Origin: a bacterium
GTDB lineage: Bacteria; Patescibacteriota; Minisyncoccia; Phycocordibacterales; VMGT01
DNA: 35,970 nucleotides
Assembly: GCA_023264615.1 (NCBI GenBank)
Contig: JAHFLU010000003.1
Coordinates: forward strand, 1-35,970
Direction: 5' to 3'
The translations under genes were made by a program, and so were the position numbers. The notes beneath the pieces were generated by a model that was not told the origin of the DNA, did no database searches, and saw nothing but the letters and a program-made list of their open reading frames with translations. Below, one piece after another: positions 19,259-28,742 of this stretch (positions are counted from its first letter, which is position 1; every line of letters starts with the position of its first letter).

Positions 19259-20374
19259 TTATTCGTACTTTTGTTTCAAAATCTGTGCCAGTTGTTCAAA
19301 CATACGCACCTCATTAAACCGTTCAACACTGTTCTTTGCCGAGAAGGCTACCTGTACCGCCTCATCAGGATGTTCAAAGATATATGAAAGTACGCGCATA
19401 TATCCATCCGTATCGTCAACAAAGACAAGATACCCATTCTCGCCATGTGTAATAACCTCTTTGTTACCACCAGCAGGTGTTGTCACGATAGGTGTCCCGA
19501 GCGCCATCACTTCGAGCAGCTGATGCGAGAGGCCTTCGTAGCTTGTATTAAGAACAAACACGTCAGCGGCAACAATATATTCAAAGAGTTCTTTTTGCTC
19601 CATCTTGCCAGGCAGACTGATGTACGATTCCGCTTTGCGCGCGCGCACCAATTTTGAAAGTTTCTCTGCATCGGGACCTTCCCCAATGATAAAAAGCTGT
19701 ACGTCGCCATAGGTACTGCGCAGTGTCGGCATAAGCGAAATCAGTCCCTCAAAACCTTTCCAAGGAACGAGCCTGCCCACACTCACGAGTATTTTGCCGG
19801 ACAATCCAAGTTTTGTACGCAAACTCGCTTTATCTCCTGCCGCTCGCGGAGGTGTGAATGCATTGTATACAACAGAGACCTTCTCTTCATGTACTCCCCA
19901 GTTTGTAACAATTTCTTTTAAATAGTTACTCGGAACAATCACGTGCTCCGCCCCGCCGCACACAATCTTTTGAACCAATTTAAAGACTAGGATCGAAGGA
20001 ACATATCTATATTTCTTTGAAAAAACATCAAGTGTATCGTGCACTGCATACGACTGTACTGCAATTTCCCATGCGCGGTCGCCAACAACTTTAAGAAAAA
20101 ATTTTTTACGGGTTGCAATCGCTGCAAGAAGTGCAGGAAAACCGGTCCCTAAAGGATCTTGCGCATAAATCGCATCAACTCCTTTACTCTTGCGCATAAC
20201 CATATAGAAATAGGCAAAATGCCGTATGATTTTTGGCAAGTAGCGCACTTCTCCGAACCACGCAATATCTACCTGCACGTCGTACGTGTAGAGCTTATCA
20301 AAAAGAAGCTTCGAGTATGTAGCCGGCCCTCCAATGTCCGGTGGATATAATCCTGTGGCGATAAGAATCCGCAT
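19259..20374 (-). CDS. Glycosyltransferase family 4
   Basis: MRILIATGLYPPDIGGPATY, VGRLVPWKG, YEGLSHQLLEVMALGTP. The ATG overlaps the upstream TGA. Confidence 0.92.
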   Translation of the reverse strand: MRILIATGLYPPDIGGPATYSKLLFDKLYTYDVQVDIAWFGEVRYLPKIIRHFAYFYMVMRKSKGVDAIYAQDPLGTGFPALLAAIATRKKFFLKVVGDRAWEIAVQSYAVHDTLDVFSKKYRYVPSILVFKLVQKIVCGGAEHVIVPSNYLKEIVTNWGVHEEKVSVVYNAFTPPRAAGDKASLRTKLGLSGKILVSVGRLVPWKGFEGLISLMPTLRSTYGDVQLFIIGEGPDAEKLSKLVRARKAESYISLPGKMEQKELFEYIVAADVFVLNTSYEGLSHQLLEVMALGTPIVTTPAGGNKEVITHGENGYLVFVDDTDGYMRVLSYIFEHPDEAVQVAFSAKNSVERFNEVRMFEQLAQILKQKYE

Positions 20375-21555
20375 CAAATTTTAAATACGTGTGCTTTCAT
20401 CTGCTTAACGATCGTCGACCAGTCATACCGCAAAATAACATAACTTCGTGCGGTAGCGATAATATGCAGACGAACTGCATCATTCTCAAGAAGCATCTGA
20501 ATTTTCTCTGCCAAATCTTTCGGATCGTTCACCTTACATAATACCCCTGTTTCACCGTCCTTCAAAAAATCAGTGATTCCGCCAACACCCGTCGTAATGA
20601 CCGGCACGCCCGCAGCCATCGCTTCAATAAACGACGAACCCATGCCTTCTGAACGGGACGGTCTGATAAAAATGTCAGAAACAGCAAGATATCGAGGAAC
20701 TTCGGAAATATCTTTGTGTCCGACAAAATGTACGCGCTTTGCTACCTCTTCACTTTCTGTCAAACCGAGAAGCATCTTTTTATCCGGACCATCCCCCACA
20801 ACAATAAGCTCAATATTTTCGGGAACATATTTGAGTGCCATAATGAGAATATCCACTGCGTTTTTGGGTACCAGACGCGATGTCGTCACCAAATAGCGCG
20901 TTTCATGCCGCGCACCAAGAGATTCCGCAAGAGAAATAAGGTCGCCGTCGCTGTACTCTCGAGTAAATTGTTCGAGAGCAACACCATTCGGAATAATCAC
21001 AATAGGACGAGTTGCACCCATACCCCGCGCGAACGATGCCAAAAAACGTGAGATCGTTTGAATAATATCGGCTTTTTTAAAAATAAGCGCGTAAAGCGGA
21101 AAAATGAGCCGGATACGCCATCGCTGCGTAATATGCCCGATCGAATCTCCTTCTTGAAGTGTCAGGATATACGGTATTCCCCGCAGAAAACGCAGAAAGA
21201 GTGCCGGAAACCCGGCATACGACATGATCGCCCACGAAGCCTCATACCTATTTTTCATAGAAAGCCCGAAAGCTTTGAAAAACGCAAGGACCGGATATAT
21301 TACTTTTATAAGGTACACTGGAAACGAAACCAACTCTTCGGGAGTTGGGTCTTTTTTTGAAAGGCCAACACGATAGACGGTCACATTCCCAATACGTTCT
21401 ACTTTCGGCAGATTTCGATCGTGCCGAAGCGTTACCATGTCAAATTCTATCTCACCCCTGCTCACCCGATCCGTTATTTCTTTTACAGCAATTTCGGCCC
21501 CGCCAACGAGCGGGTAGTACATGAGAGAGAATATAAGCACCCGTTTTTTTGCCAT
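20374..21555 (-). CDS. Glycosyltransferase family 4
   Basis: YYPLVGGAE, IPNGV, SRLVPKN, SEGMGSSFIEAMAAGVP. Confidence 0.92.
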   Translation of the reverse strand: MAKKRVLIFSLMYYPLVGGAEIAVKEITDRVSRGEIEFDMVTLRHDRNLPKVERIGNVTVYRVGLSKKDPTPEELVSFPVYLIKVIYPVLAFFKAFGLSMKNRYEASWAIMSYAGFPALFLRFLRGIPYILTLQEGDSIGHITQRWRIRLIFPLYALIFKKADIIQTISRFLASFARGMGATRPIVIIPNGVALEQFTREYSDGDLISLAESLGARHETRYLVTTSRLVPKNAVDILIMALKYVPENIELIVVGDGPDKKMLLGLTESEEVAKRVHFVGHKDISEVPRYLAVSDIFIRPSRSEGMGSSFIEAMAAGVPVITTGVGGITDFLKDGETGVLCKVNDPKDLAEKIQMLLENDAVRLHIIATARSYVILRYDWSTIVKQMKAHVFKI

Positions 21556-21561
21556 TTCCCT

Positions 21562-21570
21562 ATTGTAACA
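21562..21570 (-). promoter_or_regulatory. Extended -10 box, probably a leaderless start
   Basis: TGT-TACAAT ends 6 nt before ATG 21555. Confidence 0.5.
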
Positions 21571-21630
21571 CCTGCCGAAAGGCCGCAGTAACCTCTACAA
21601 GAGTGCAGTATTTTTAATCAGACGAGATGC

Positions 21631-22572
21631 CTATATCAGCATTTCCTTGAAATACGTGATTGTTTTACCTAAACCCTCATCAAGCGAAATGACCGGCTTC
21701 CAGCCGAGATTCTTTTTTGCAAGAGAAATATTGGGGCAACGCTTGCGCGGATCGTCTTCGGGAAGTGGTCTAAAAACGATACTGCTCTTCGTACCCGTCA
21801 TCTGCTGGACTTTCTCTGCAAGCTCATTCATCGTATATTCGCCCGGGTTGCCGAGATTTACCGGGCCGACAAAATCTTCTTTTTTCATCATCGCAACGAG
21901 TCCGTTGAGAAGATCGTCTATGTATTGAAAACTTCTCGTCTGCGCCCCGTCTCCGTAAACCACAATATCTTCTCCCTTGAGTGCAGAAACAACGAAGTTC
22001 GAAACAACGCGACCATCGTCAGGCGCCATCCGCGGACCATACGTATTAAAAATCCGCACGATCTTTACATCGGTGCCGTGCTGTCGATGATAGTCCATGC
22101 AGAGCGTCTCCGCGCAGCGTTTGCCCTCGTCGTAGCAAGCGCGCGGCCCAAGCGTATTAACATGCCCTCGATAGTTTTCAGTTTGCGGATGTTCGAGAGG
22201 GTCGCCATACACTTCGGAAGTCGATGCCTGCAAGATTCGCGCGCCTTTATTCCGAGCAAACTCGAGCATATTGATCATGCCGAGCACATTCGTACGAACC
22301 GTTTTCACTGGATCTCTCTGGTATGCCACAGGAGACGCGGGACAAGCAAGATGGTAGATGTGTGCTATTGGCCCATCAAGAGAAAGAGAATACTCCACAT
22401 CCGCTTCGATGCTTTCAAAATCGGGATTGGAAAGTAAATGTGCAATATGTTCCTTTCGCCCTGTATAGAAATTATCAATACTCACCACTCTATATCCATC
22501 ATGAAGCAATCGTTCACAGAGATGAGAACCGACAAATCCAGCTCCACCCGTTACGACGGCTGTTTTTTTCAT
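21631..22572 (-). CDS. uxs: UDP-glucuronate decarboxylase (UDP-xylose synthase)
   Basis: [63 protein letters not shown]. Confidence 0.92.
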   Translation of the reverse strand: MKKTAVVTGGAGFVGSHLCERLLHDGYRVVSIDNFYTGRKEHIAHLLSNPDFESIEADVEYSLSLDGPIAHIYHLACPASPVAYQRDPVKTVRTNVLGMINMLEFARNKGARILQASTSEVYGDPLEHPQTENYRGHVNTLGPRACYDEGKRCAETLCMDYHRQHGTDVKIVRIFNTYGPRMAPDDGRVVSNFVVSALKGEDIVVYGDGAQTRSFQYIDDLLNGLVAMMKKEDFVGPVNLGNPGEYTMNELAEKVQQMTGTKSSIVFRPLPEDDPRKRCPNISLAKKNLGWKPVISLDEGLGKTITYFKEMLI

Positions 22573-22584
22573 TTGGAAAAAATT

Positions 22585-23127
22585 TTATGTATCTCTAAAA
22601 TCGCCCCCATCTTTTTCAAATCCCATTTGGAGCTCATAACATCTCGCATAATACGCACGCTGAAGCCCATGCCATAACTCATTCGCATCTGGAATTATTT
22701 CCCTTGTAAAATAAGGGTTATAGTCCAACTCCCACTTTGCGGAAAAGTCACTGACCGCCTTTATCGCACGCGCGACATTTTCTCTGTGTTTGTCTTCATA
22801 TTCTTTCATATCATGGTCTAAAGGTTCTATTATTTCTCTCGGATCTGAAATTGCCAAAGGATGACGAATGGTATTTTTATCGTATCGAGGAAGTGTGTCC
22901 ATCTTTGCTCCTGTCATATCGGAAATTGCTTTTTTAATTTTTTCTAATTCTTGATTTCTCCTAGAAAAAATAGTATGCGCCTCTAAAAGAGAATCTTGGG
23001 ATCGTATCAATTCTAATTGTACTTCTTTTTGGTCATTAAAAAATTCTTCGCTTCGTAGCTTCTTTAATTTTTCAGACGACAAAGATTCTGAATTCGCATT
23101 CGATACTTTTTTTTCTTGTCCTTCCAT
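22585..23127 (-). CDS. Hypothetical protein (charged, helical; AT-rich gene)
   Basis: 180-aa ORF filling the gap, co-oriented and 12 nt from uxs. No motif recognised. Confidence 0.65.
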   Translation of the reverse strand: MEGQEKKVSNANSESLSSEKLKKLRSEEFFNDQKEVQLELIRSQDSLLEAHTIFSRRNQELEKIKKAISDMTGAKMDTLPRYDKNTIRHPLAISDPREIIEPLDHDMKEYEDKHRENVARAIKAVSDFSAKWELDYNPYFTREIIPDANELWHGLQRAYYARCYELQMGFEKDGGDFRDT

Positions 23128-23265
23128 AATAAATAGATTAAATACGATAAAAACCCATTCCTTCTATGGATTTAGAATAGAGTTTTTATATAATTTTGAC
23201 AACAGGCCTAACGGCTGTGTGTTGTTTTTTGTTTTCATATATCACCATATATCACTGATAGCAAA

Positions 23266-24747
23266 TTATTCGATAATCGTAATTTTGTCACTTTCCTTCT
23301 TTCTCAAAAATACTGCCGCGGAAGACGCGCCACCGAGCAATACGACAAGCCCCGCAATCCATGCCCAAAGATCGCTTCCTTCTTTCGTGTTTGATTCTGT
23401 AACTGTTGCACTCTGCGTCGTACTGCTCACACTTTCTTCAATTATCGTCAGATCAGTATGTATCGCCTTTTCACTATCTTTTTTCACAAGATGTTTTGCC
23501 TCAGCGGAAATACTTTTCGGTTTCTCTTTTTTTACAACCGAGCTTTCGACAGCAGAGTTCCTTGATACCTCAAGAGCTACCGCTGTTTGTAAACCTATAG
23601 TCGCAGGTCGCCCCTCAATAGAGCGATCTTTTGCCACTCCTTGAGAAACAACTGCTCCATTTGGATACAACAATACAAACGGCACAAGCGTTGAAAGTCC
23701 TGTCGTTTCCTCTGAAAAAAAGACCGTGCTCTCTGGAAGTATAAAAGTTCTCTCGGGAATAATAAACATTTTCTCTCCTTCAACAAGTCGCCAAAGAGAA
23801 ATGTTCAAATGCTCCGATTGGTTATTATAGAGAGCAAATGCTCGCACATTATTTTGCACTACAGAAGAAATGTGAACATCCGCTGTGTGTGCTTCAATAG
23901 TCACTTGGGCAGTTGCTGAAAATTCTCCCGATGCAACAGAGAGAACAACAACATATTTCCCGGGAAAAGAATAGGTGTGCAGAACATGCTCTCCTTCCGC
24001 AGTCGAACCATCGCCAAAATTCCACAGATACCGAACATTTTCAAGCGGCTTATTCTCAAACCCGAACGCCGATCCGCGCAAATCAATCCCTGCACCGACA
24101 ATCGCCACAGCGTGAGTATCTATGACAGCACGAATACTCTTCTCGGGCGGCAGTATGGGAGAGCTCTTGCTTTCGGTGCTTGTCGAAGGTGCTGGAGGAT
24201 GAGAAGTTCCCGATCCTGCATTTGGTGCAGGCGGAGTCGCTTGAGAGGGTGGAACGGAAGCAGTATTTACCGCTCCCGGTGTCGGAAGGCCTGCGCGCCA
24301 CGTACCGGCGACAAGCTGAAGCGACATTCCATCACCTGCACCGCCCATGTCAGTGCTGTACGCCACCGTATCGACATCAGCAAGATCCGTGTTCCGTAGA
24401 GCAAGTGTTTCTCCTGTTTGCTTCAACGAAAACGAGCTGTCAAAAATGCTCCCTGAAAACTGTGGCCAGTCTGCTTTAAATTTTGCAAAGTTTTCGACAA
24501 TGACCGCATATCCGCCCGGAGAAATTACCGCATTCCCCTCTACTGTCTCTACTTTGTGATTCACGCCCTCTTCCACAAAACGCCACAAAGAAAAATCAAC
24601 GCTGTCCGATGATGTATTTTCCACCTCAACCCACTCGCGATCAGTATCAGAACCTTCAAGGTCGTACATGATTTCCGTTATTGCCATTTGTGCATGCGCC
24701 AAAGAAACACTGCCCAAAAATAGTAAAAGTAAAAATATGAATTTCAT
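23266..24747 (-). CDS. Surface protein: signal peptide, lamin-tail domain, P/S/T linker, PKD domain, C-terminal TM anchor
   Basis: Start at ATG 24747 (MKFIFLLLLFLGSVSLAHA). ITEIMYD..GSDTDREWVEVEN...PTPG (LTD); YLWNFGDGS...HTYSFPGKYVVVL (PKD); terminal hydrophobic helix followed by RKK. Confidence 0.85.
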   Translation of the reverse strand: MKFIFLLLLFLGSVSLAHAQMAITEIMYDLEGSDTDREWVEVENTSSDSVDFSLWRFVEEGVNHKVETVEGNAVISPGGYAVIVENFAKFKADWPQFSGSIFDSSFSLKQTGETLALRNTDLADVDTVAYSTDMGGAGDGMSLQLVAGTWRAGLPTPGAVNTASVPPSQATPPAPNAGSGTSHPPAPSTSTESKSSPILPPEKSIRAVIDTHAVAIVGAGIDLRGSAFGFENKPLENVRYLWNFGDGSTAEGEHVLHTYSFPGKYVVVLSVASGEFSATAQVTIEAHTADVHISSVVQNNVRAFALYNNQSEHLNISLWRLVEGEKMFIIPERTFILPESTVFFSEETTGLSTLVPFVLLYPNGAVVSQGVAKDRSIEGRPATIGLQTAVALEVSRNSAVESSVVKKEKPKSISAEAKHLVKKDSEKAIHTDLTIIEESVSSTTQSATVTESNTKEGSDLWAWIAGLVVLLGGASSAAVFLRKKESDKITIIE

Positions 24748-24793
24748 GAAAGATAGAATGGTAGGATTGTAGCATAGAGCGCCGCGTGAAAAC

Positions 24794-24827
24794 AAAAAAA
24801 GGGGTCTGCACACGCTGTGCAGACCCC
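24794..24827 (-). terminator. Rho-independent terminator
   Basis: On the minus strand, a 12-bp perfect stem GGGGTCTGCACA-GCG-TGTGCAGACCCC followed by T7. Confidence 0.85.
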
Positions 24828-24930
24828 CCGAAGATACAAGAATCGCTTTCGGGCAGCGATCCAGGAGATAAAAGGATCACCCCCTCTCTATACGCTTAGG
24901 TTAGAAAGAGACACCTTTTTCTCCTTTCAT
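24794..24930 (-). ncRNA. Candidate structured RNA / long 3' UTR with a 16S-3'-end-complementary segment
   Basis: Nested stems (AGGAGAAAAAGG/CCTTTTATCTCCT; CTCTTTCTA/TAGAGAGGG), a small ATCGCT/AGCGAT hairpin and then the terminator. Contains TAGAGAGGGGGTGATCC at 24890-24874. Confidence 0.4.
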
Positions 24931-24949
24931 GAGTGGAAGGTTACGAAAA

Positions 24950-25075
24950 TTATTGCTTTACCTGCCTCTCTGGCAGGCAGACCCGCGGAACTGGCGTGAG
25001 GGCCACCCAAAGTTGAAACATTTTGGCATGTGCCTGGCTTGCGCGCTTACGCTCTTCATCTGTACCTTTTCGCAT
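24950..25075 (-). CDS. Small protein, 41 aa (MRKGTDEERKRASQAHAKMFQLWVALTPVPRVCLPERQVKQ)
   Basis: Below the ORF-track cutoff. GGGAGGA lies 5 nt before ATG 25075; TAA at 24950-24952. Confidence 0.5.
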   Translation of the reverse strand: MRKGTDEERKRASQAHAKMFQLWVALTPVPRVCLPERQVKQ

Positions 25076-25151
25076 ACTATTCCTCCCTCACAAGTGTAGC
25101 GTCTCGTGTCAAACGCAGGAAAAACTCTGGCTCTAACATACTATGGTTTAT

Positions 25152-26291
25152 CTACTTTGTCAAATTATGCTTGAGTGAGAGTATCCGCGTCACGCTTTCA
25201 TCAATACGGTCTTCGCTCACGATCCCCCTCTCCACTGCGTCTTCGATCGCAAGGAACATTTTTTGATAGGTTGCTGGAGAGTGTATGATAAGGAGTATAT
25301 CTGTTCCTGCTGCAACCGCTTGCACAGCTATTTCAGAGAAAGCATAGTTTTTGGTAAGTGCTCCCATGCCGAGATCATCACTTACAATCACACCCTTGAA
25401 ACCGAGACCGTTTCGCAAAACATCAGTAAGAATCACGTTTGAAAGACTGGCAGGAAATTTTTTGTCTATGAAAGGCACCTTAAGGTGTGCGGACATGATG
25501 ACCGGAACGCCTGCTTGTATTGCACTCTCAAACGGAGCAAGGTGCATTTTCCAGCTTTCAGCAGTACGCACAGTGACTGGTAATGTGACGTGTGAATCAA
25601 TGGGCGTATCGCCGTGGCCCGGGAAATGTTTTGCAACACTTGCGACACCGCCATCGCGGTATCCTTCGATCATACGCTTTCCATAGAGAGCCACCGTTCC
25701 CGCATCTCCTTCAAATGTACGGTCATGAATAAAATCTTTCGTCGATGAAGATACGTCAAGAACGGGAGAAAAATTCATCGTAACGCCAAGCTCCCGCAAT
25801 TCTTTCCCACGCGAGAGAGCAATATCATACGCCAGAGCAGCATTTGTGACTTCACGCTCCGATCGCATTTCGTAGCCACTAAATTTAAAACGTGAAATTT
25901 CGCCACCTTCTTGGTCTACTGCAATAAACAGGGGAGCTGCAACATGTGAACCAACTTCTTTTTGTAAAGCATTAATTAATTTTTTCGTCTGCTCTTTTGA
26001 AACCACGTTATCACCAAGCAGAACGACACCGCCAATCTTAAGCTCGCGCATCCATAAAACCATTTCTTCTGTAAGTTCTGTACCCGCAAAGCTCACGAGA
26101 AACATCTGTCCAATTTTTTCGCGCAGTGTCATCGATGCAATCTGATACTTCACCGTAAACGGTTCAGGTGCAGGAAGAGAAAATGTCACAGCCGAGGGAA
26201 GAGAGGATTTCTTCCCTCTCAATTCCCCTCCAGCAAAAACAGCCATTACGACCAAGGCCGTAGCGCAGAAAATTTGAATTCGATAGGACAT
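25152..26291 (-). CDS. nagZ: GH3 beta-N-acetylhexosaminidase with an N-terminal signal/anchor
   Basis: KIGQMF, AVDQEGG, KHFPGHGDTPIDSH (the NagZ D-S-H loop), SDDLGM. Confidence 0.88.
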   Translation of the reverse strand: MSYRIQIFCATALVVMAVFAGGELRGKKSSLPSAVTFSLPAPEPFTVKYQIASMTLREKIGQMFLVSFAGTELTEEMVLWMRELKIGGVVLLGDNVVSKEQTKKLINALQKEVGSHVAAPLFIAVDQEGGEISRFKFSGYEMRSEREVTNAALAYDIALSRGKELRELGVTMNFSPVLDVSSSTKDFIHDRTFEGDAGTVALYGKRMIEGYRDGGVASVAKHFPGHGDTPIDSHVTLPVTVRTAESWKMHLAPFESAIQAGVPVIMSAHLKVPFIDKKFPASLSNVILTDVLRNGLGFKGVIVSDDLGMGALTKNYAFSEIAVQAVAAGTDILLIIHSPATYQKMFLAIEDAVERGIVSEDRIDESVTRILSLKHNLTK

Positions 26292-26318
26292 GTATTCTGA
26301 ATGTGGAAATAGATACTG

Positions 26319-28514
26319 TTATTTCGGTGGTTCGCCACGAAGAACGCGCTTGAGTACATCTTCCGGAATTTCCTCTGGTCCTTGCTTTGGCATTTCTTTT
26401 TTAATCGAAGACTGATCGACAGGTGTATCTTTCTTCTCTTCACTCCGCGTCTCCTCTCGCACAGGTGCAGGCGCTTGTTGTTTTGGCGTGGGAGCTATTT
26501 GATCTGCAGAAATATTTTCTTTCTTTTCCTCTCGAATAGATACTGACGTCCTTTCAAAACCCTGTTCCTTTCTCTCTGGAATAGCTTCCTTTTTCGTTTC
26601 TGTCACATGTGAAGCATTTTTAAGAACAGCAGAAAGAGCCGCTTTAAGACCTGTCAGGTTTTTCTCGGATGGTCCTTTGTCTTTCGTCGTGTTACTGTGC
26701 ATCTGCGTCTGTGGAACTTTTCTCTCTTCCTTTTGAGCTTGAGCGGGAGGTTCTATTTCTCTTTTCTCATGCTCTTTTTGCGGAACATTTGAAACAACAT
26801 GGGGCTCTGAAACATTTGAAAGCGCCTGTGCAAACGGCGTATGTACATTCGGGGGACGCACTGGGCTTGGTGCGGCGCGTTCATCACTTTTTTCTCTGTG
26901 CTCGGAAGAATGCGGGGCAGATTCCGCATGCGGGCGATTGGATTCCTCGTGCAGCACGCGCATCGGGGGTCGCTCGTGACGCGGCGAGTGAATATGCTCG
27001 CTTGGCTGATACCGTGAATGTTCACTCGGAGCACGGTAGGAATTTTCTCTCGCTCCGCCACGAAAATCGTCTCCTCTTCGCACAACCGGTCCCTCTGTCG
27101 GACGAGCCGGACGACGAAAATCTTCGCTTGGGGAAGCACTCGACGTTCTCCGCTCCTGCCGTTCTTGCCACTCCTGTTGCCGCTTTTCCACTTTCTCACC
27201 CATTTCAACTTGCCGCTGTGATGTATACTCTTCTTTTACCGCAGCCTCAATCGCATCGCGCGGATTCGAAAACATTTTCCTCGAATATTCAATAACTGCA
27301 TCTTTTGAAGAAATACTAGGCTGCTTGATCGGCGGCAATGTTTCCGCAGAAAACGGTTTCGAACCGATCCCATTAATCATCAGTTTCAGATAAATCTGGG
27401 CAAAACCAAGATTGACAAGATCTTGCGCAGTAAATTGGGGCGCAAACTCTTTTTCGAGCACCTCTGCGTCGTACGCACCCACACGAAATGTAATCATCGT
27501 ACCGACATTTCCAAAAACGGCATTGCGCACCTCCTCTGACATCTGCTCGATGTATTGATGTGCCATCGTCAGATTAAGTTTGTATTTCCGAGCTTCCGAG
27601 AGAATGTCCGCAAACGACTCGTTCGCAAACGACTGAAACTCATCAACATAAAAATAGAAGTTGGGCAGACGTTCAAGCGCTCCCGGAGAAACATCAGCGC
27701 GTGACATCGCGGCAAGATAAATCTTCGTAATAAGCATGCTTCCGAGAAGATTGGCATTCTGTTCGCCCACCTTTCCCTTTGACAGGTTCACAATGAGTAT
27801 TTTGCGATTATCAACAATTTTGCGAAGATCAAATGTCGATTTCGCCTGTCCAACAATATTTCTGATGAGCGGATTTCCCGTGAACTGCCCGATTTTATTC
27901 TGTATAGCAGGAGTCGCCTCTTGTGTGTATCGGTCAGTATAGGTAGCAAACTCATCTACCCAAAATGATTTCACGAGCGGATCTTTAATATTTTCAACTA
28001 CCTTTTTTCGGTAGTTTTTATCTGTATACATTTTATTGACACCAAGCATCGTCGCATCCGGATATTCAAGAAGTGCAAGCAGCGTATTCGTCAGAATATA
28101 TTCCATTCGGGCAGACCATGCATCAAGCCAAATCTTTTTGAATGCGCTCATAAGCCCACTCACCACGAGATGTCGCTTGTCATACCCAACATCTTCCATC
28201 ACATTAAACGAAATGGGGTGGTCGAGATCGAATGGGGCAAAATACAAAACATCCTCTATTCGTTCTTCCGGAATATACTCGAGAAGCAGCTCGGCAGTCT
28301 TGCCGTGGGGATCAACAAAACAAAATCCTTCACCGTTCTTAATATCTTGCACCGCCATATTTTCAAGAAGCGTTGATTTCCCCATTCCTGTTTTTCCGAT
28401 CACATACACATGTCGTGTTCGATCGTTTGCTTTAATACCAAAAGGAACGAGCTTGTTCCGTGCATCGGTCTTTGCAAAGTAGGTAACCCGTTCAGGATCC
28501 GAGATATATTCCAT
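26319..28514 (-). CDS. VirD4/TraG (type IV coupling protein)-like FtsK-HerA superfamily ATPase with a long low-complexity C-tail
   Basis: RHVYVIGKTGMGKS (Walker A), DPHG, YVDEFQ (Walker B), SEARKY, AHQY..Q, GNVGT. The last ~290 aa are rich in R/E/P/S. Confidence 0.85.
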   Translation of the reverse strand: MEYISDPERVTYFAKTDARNKLVPFGIKANDRTRHVYVIGKTGMGKSTLLENMAVQDIKNGEGFCFVDPHGKTAELLLEYIPEERIEDVLYFAPFDLDHPISFNVMEDVGYDKRHLVVSGLMSAFKKIWLDAWSARMEYILTNTLLALLEYPDATMLGVNKMYTDKNYRKKVVENIKDPLVKSFWVDEFATYTDRYTQEATPAIQNKIGQFTGNPLIRNIVGQAKSTFDLRKIVDNRKILIVNLSKGKVGEQNANLLGSMLITKIYLAAMSRADVSPGALERLPNFYFYVDEFQSFANESFADILSEARKYKLNLTMAHQYIEQMSEEVRNAVFGNVGTMITFRVGAYDAEVLEKEFAPQFTAQDLVNLGFAQIYLKLMINGIGSKPFSAETLPPIKQPSISSKDAVIEYSRKMFSNPRDAIEAAVKEEYTSQRQVEMGEKVEKRQQEWQERQERRTSSASPSEDFRRPARPTEGPVVRRGDDFRGGARENSYRAPSEHSRYQPSEHIHSPRHERPPMRVLHEESNRPHAESAPHSSEHREKSDERAAPSPVRPPNVHTPFAQALSNVSEPHVVSNVPQKEHEKREIEPPAQAQKEERKVPQTQMHSNTTKDKGPSEKNLTGLKAALSAVLKNASHVTETKKEAIPERKEQGFERTSVSIREEKKENISADQIAPTPKQQAPAPVREETRSEEKKDTPVDQSSIKKEMPKQGPEEIPEDVLKRVLRGEPPK

Positions 28515-28623
28515 ACGCGTTTAGTATACCATTTGCACTTTTTTACAAGTGCACAAAAATGTGAACAGTACCTGTGGCTTCCAGTGCAAAAGAGCGCACA
28601 GATGTATTTTTTTAAAACCTATA

Positions 28624-28742
28624 GGACGTACGCACTTGGATGCAGTTCGAGGAAAAACGAGAAGCGGAGCAAGCCGTATTCCTTATACGGCGATGCGAGC
28701 ATCGCACGTTTTGACAAAGAAATGCGCCAAGTGTGTACGTCC
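28624..28742. mobile_element. MITE/REP-like palindromic element (~120 bp) flanked by TA
   Basis: TA-GGACGTACGCACTTGG...CCAAGTGTGTACGTCC-TA (15/16 arms) with a central GCCGTAT-TCCTT-ATACGGC hairpin. A partial second copy lies at 12464-12498. Confidence 0.7.

Noticed and set aside
24656-24880. 74-aa ORF starting at the GTG inside GGGGGTGATCC
   Set aside because: The start lies within the SD-like motif itself, and the frame reads through a strong terminator into the next gene.
24874-24890. Possible 16S rRNA gene fragment on the plus strand
   Set aside because: Similarity is limited to the terminal 17 nt with no helix 45 sequence upstream; reported as a motif instead.
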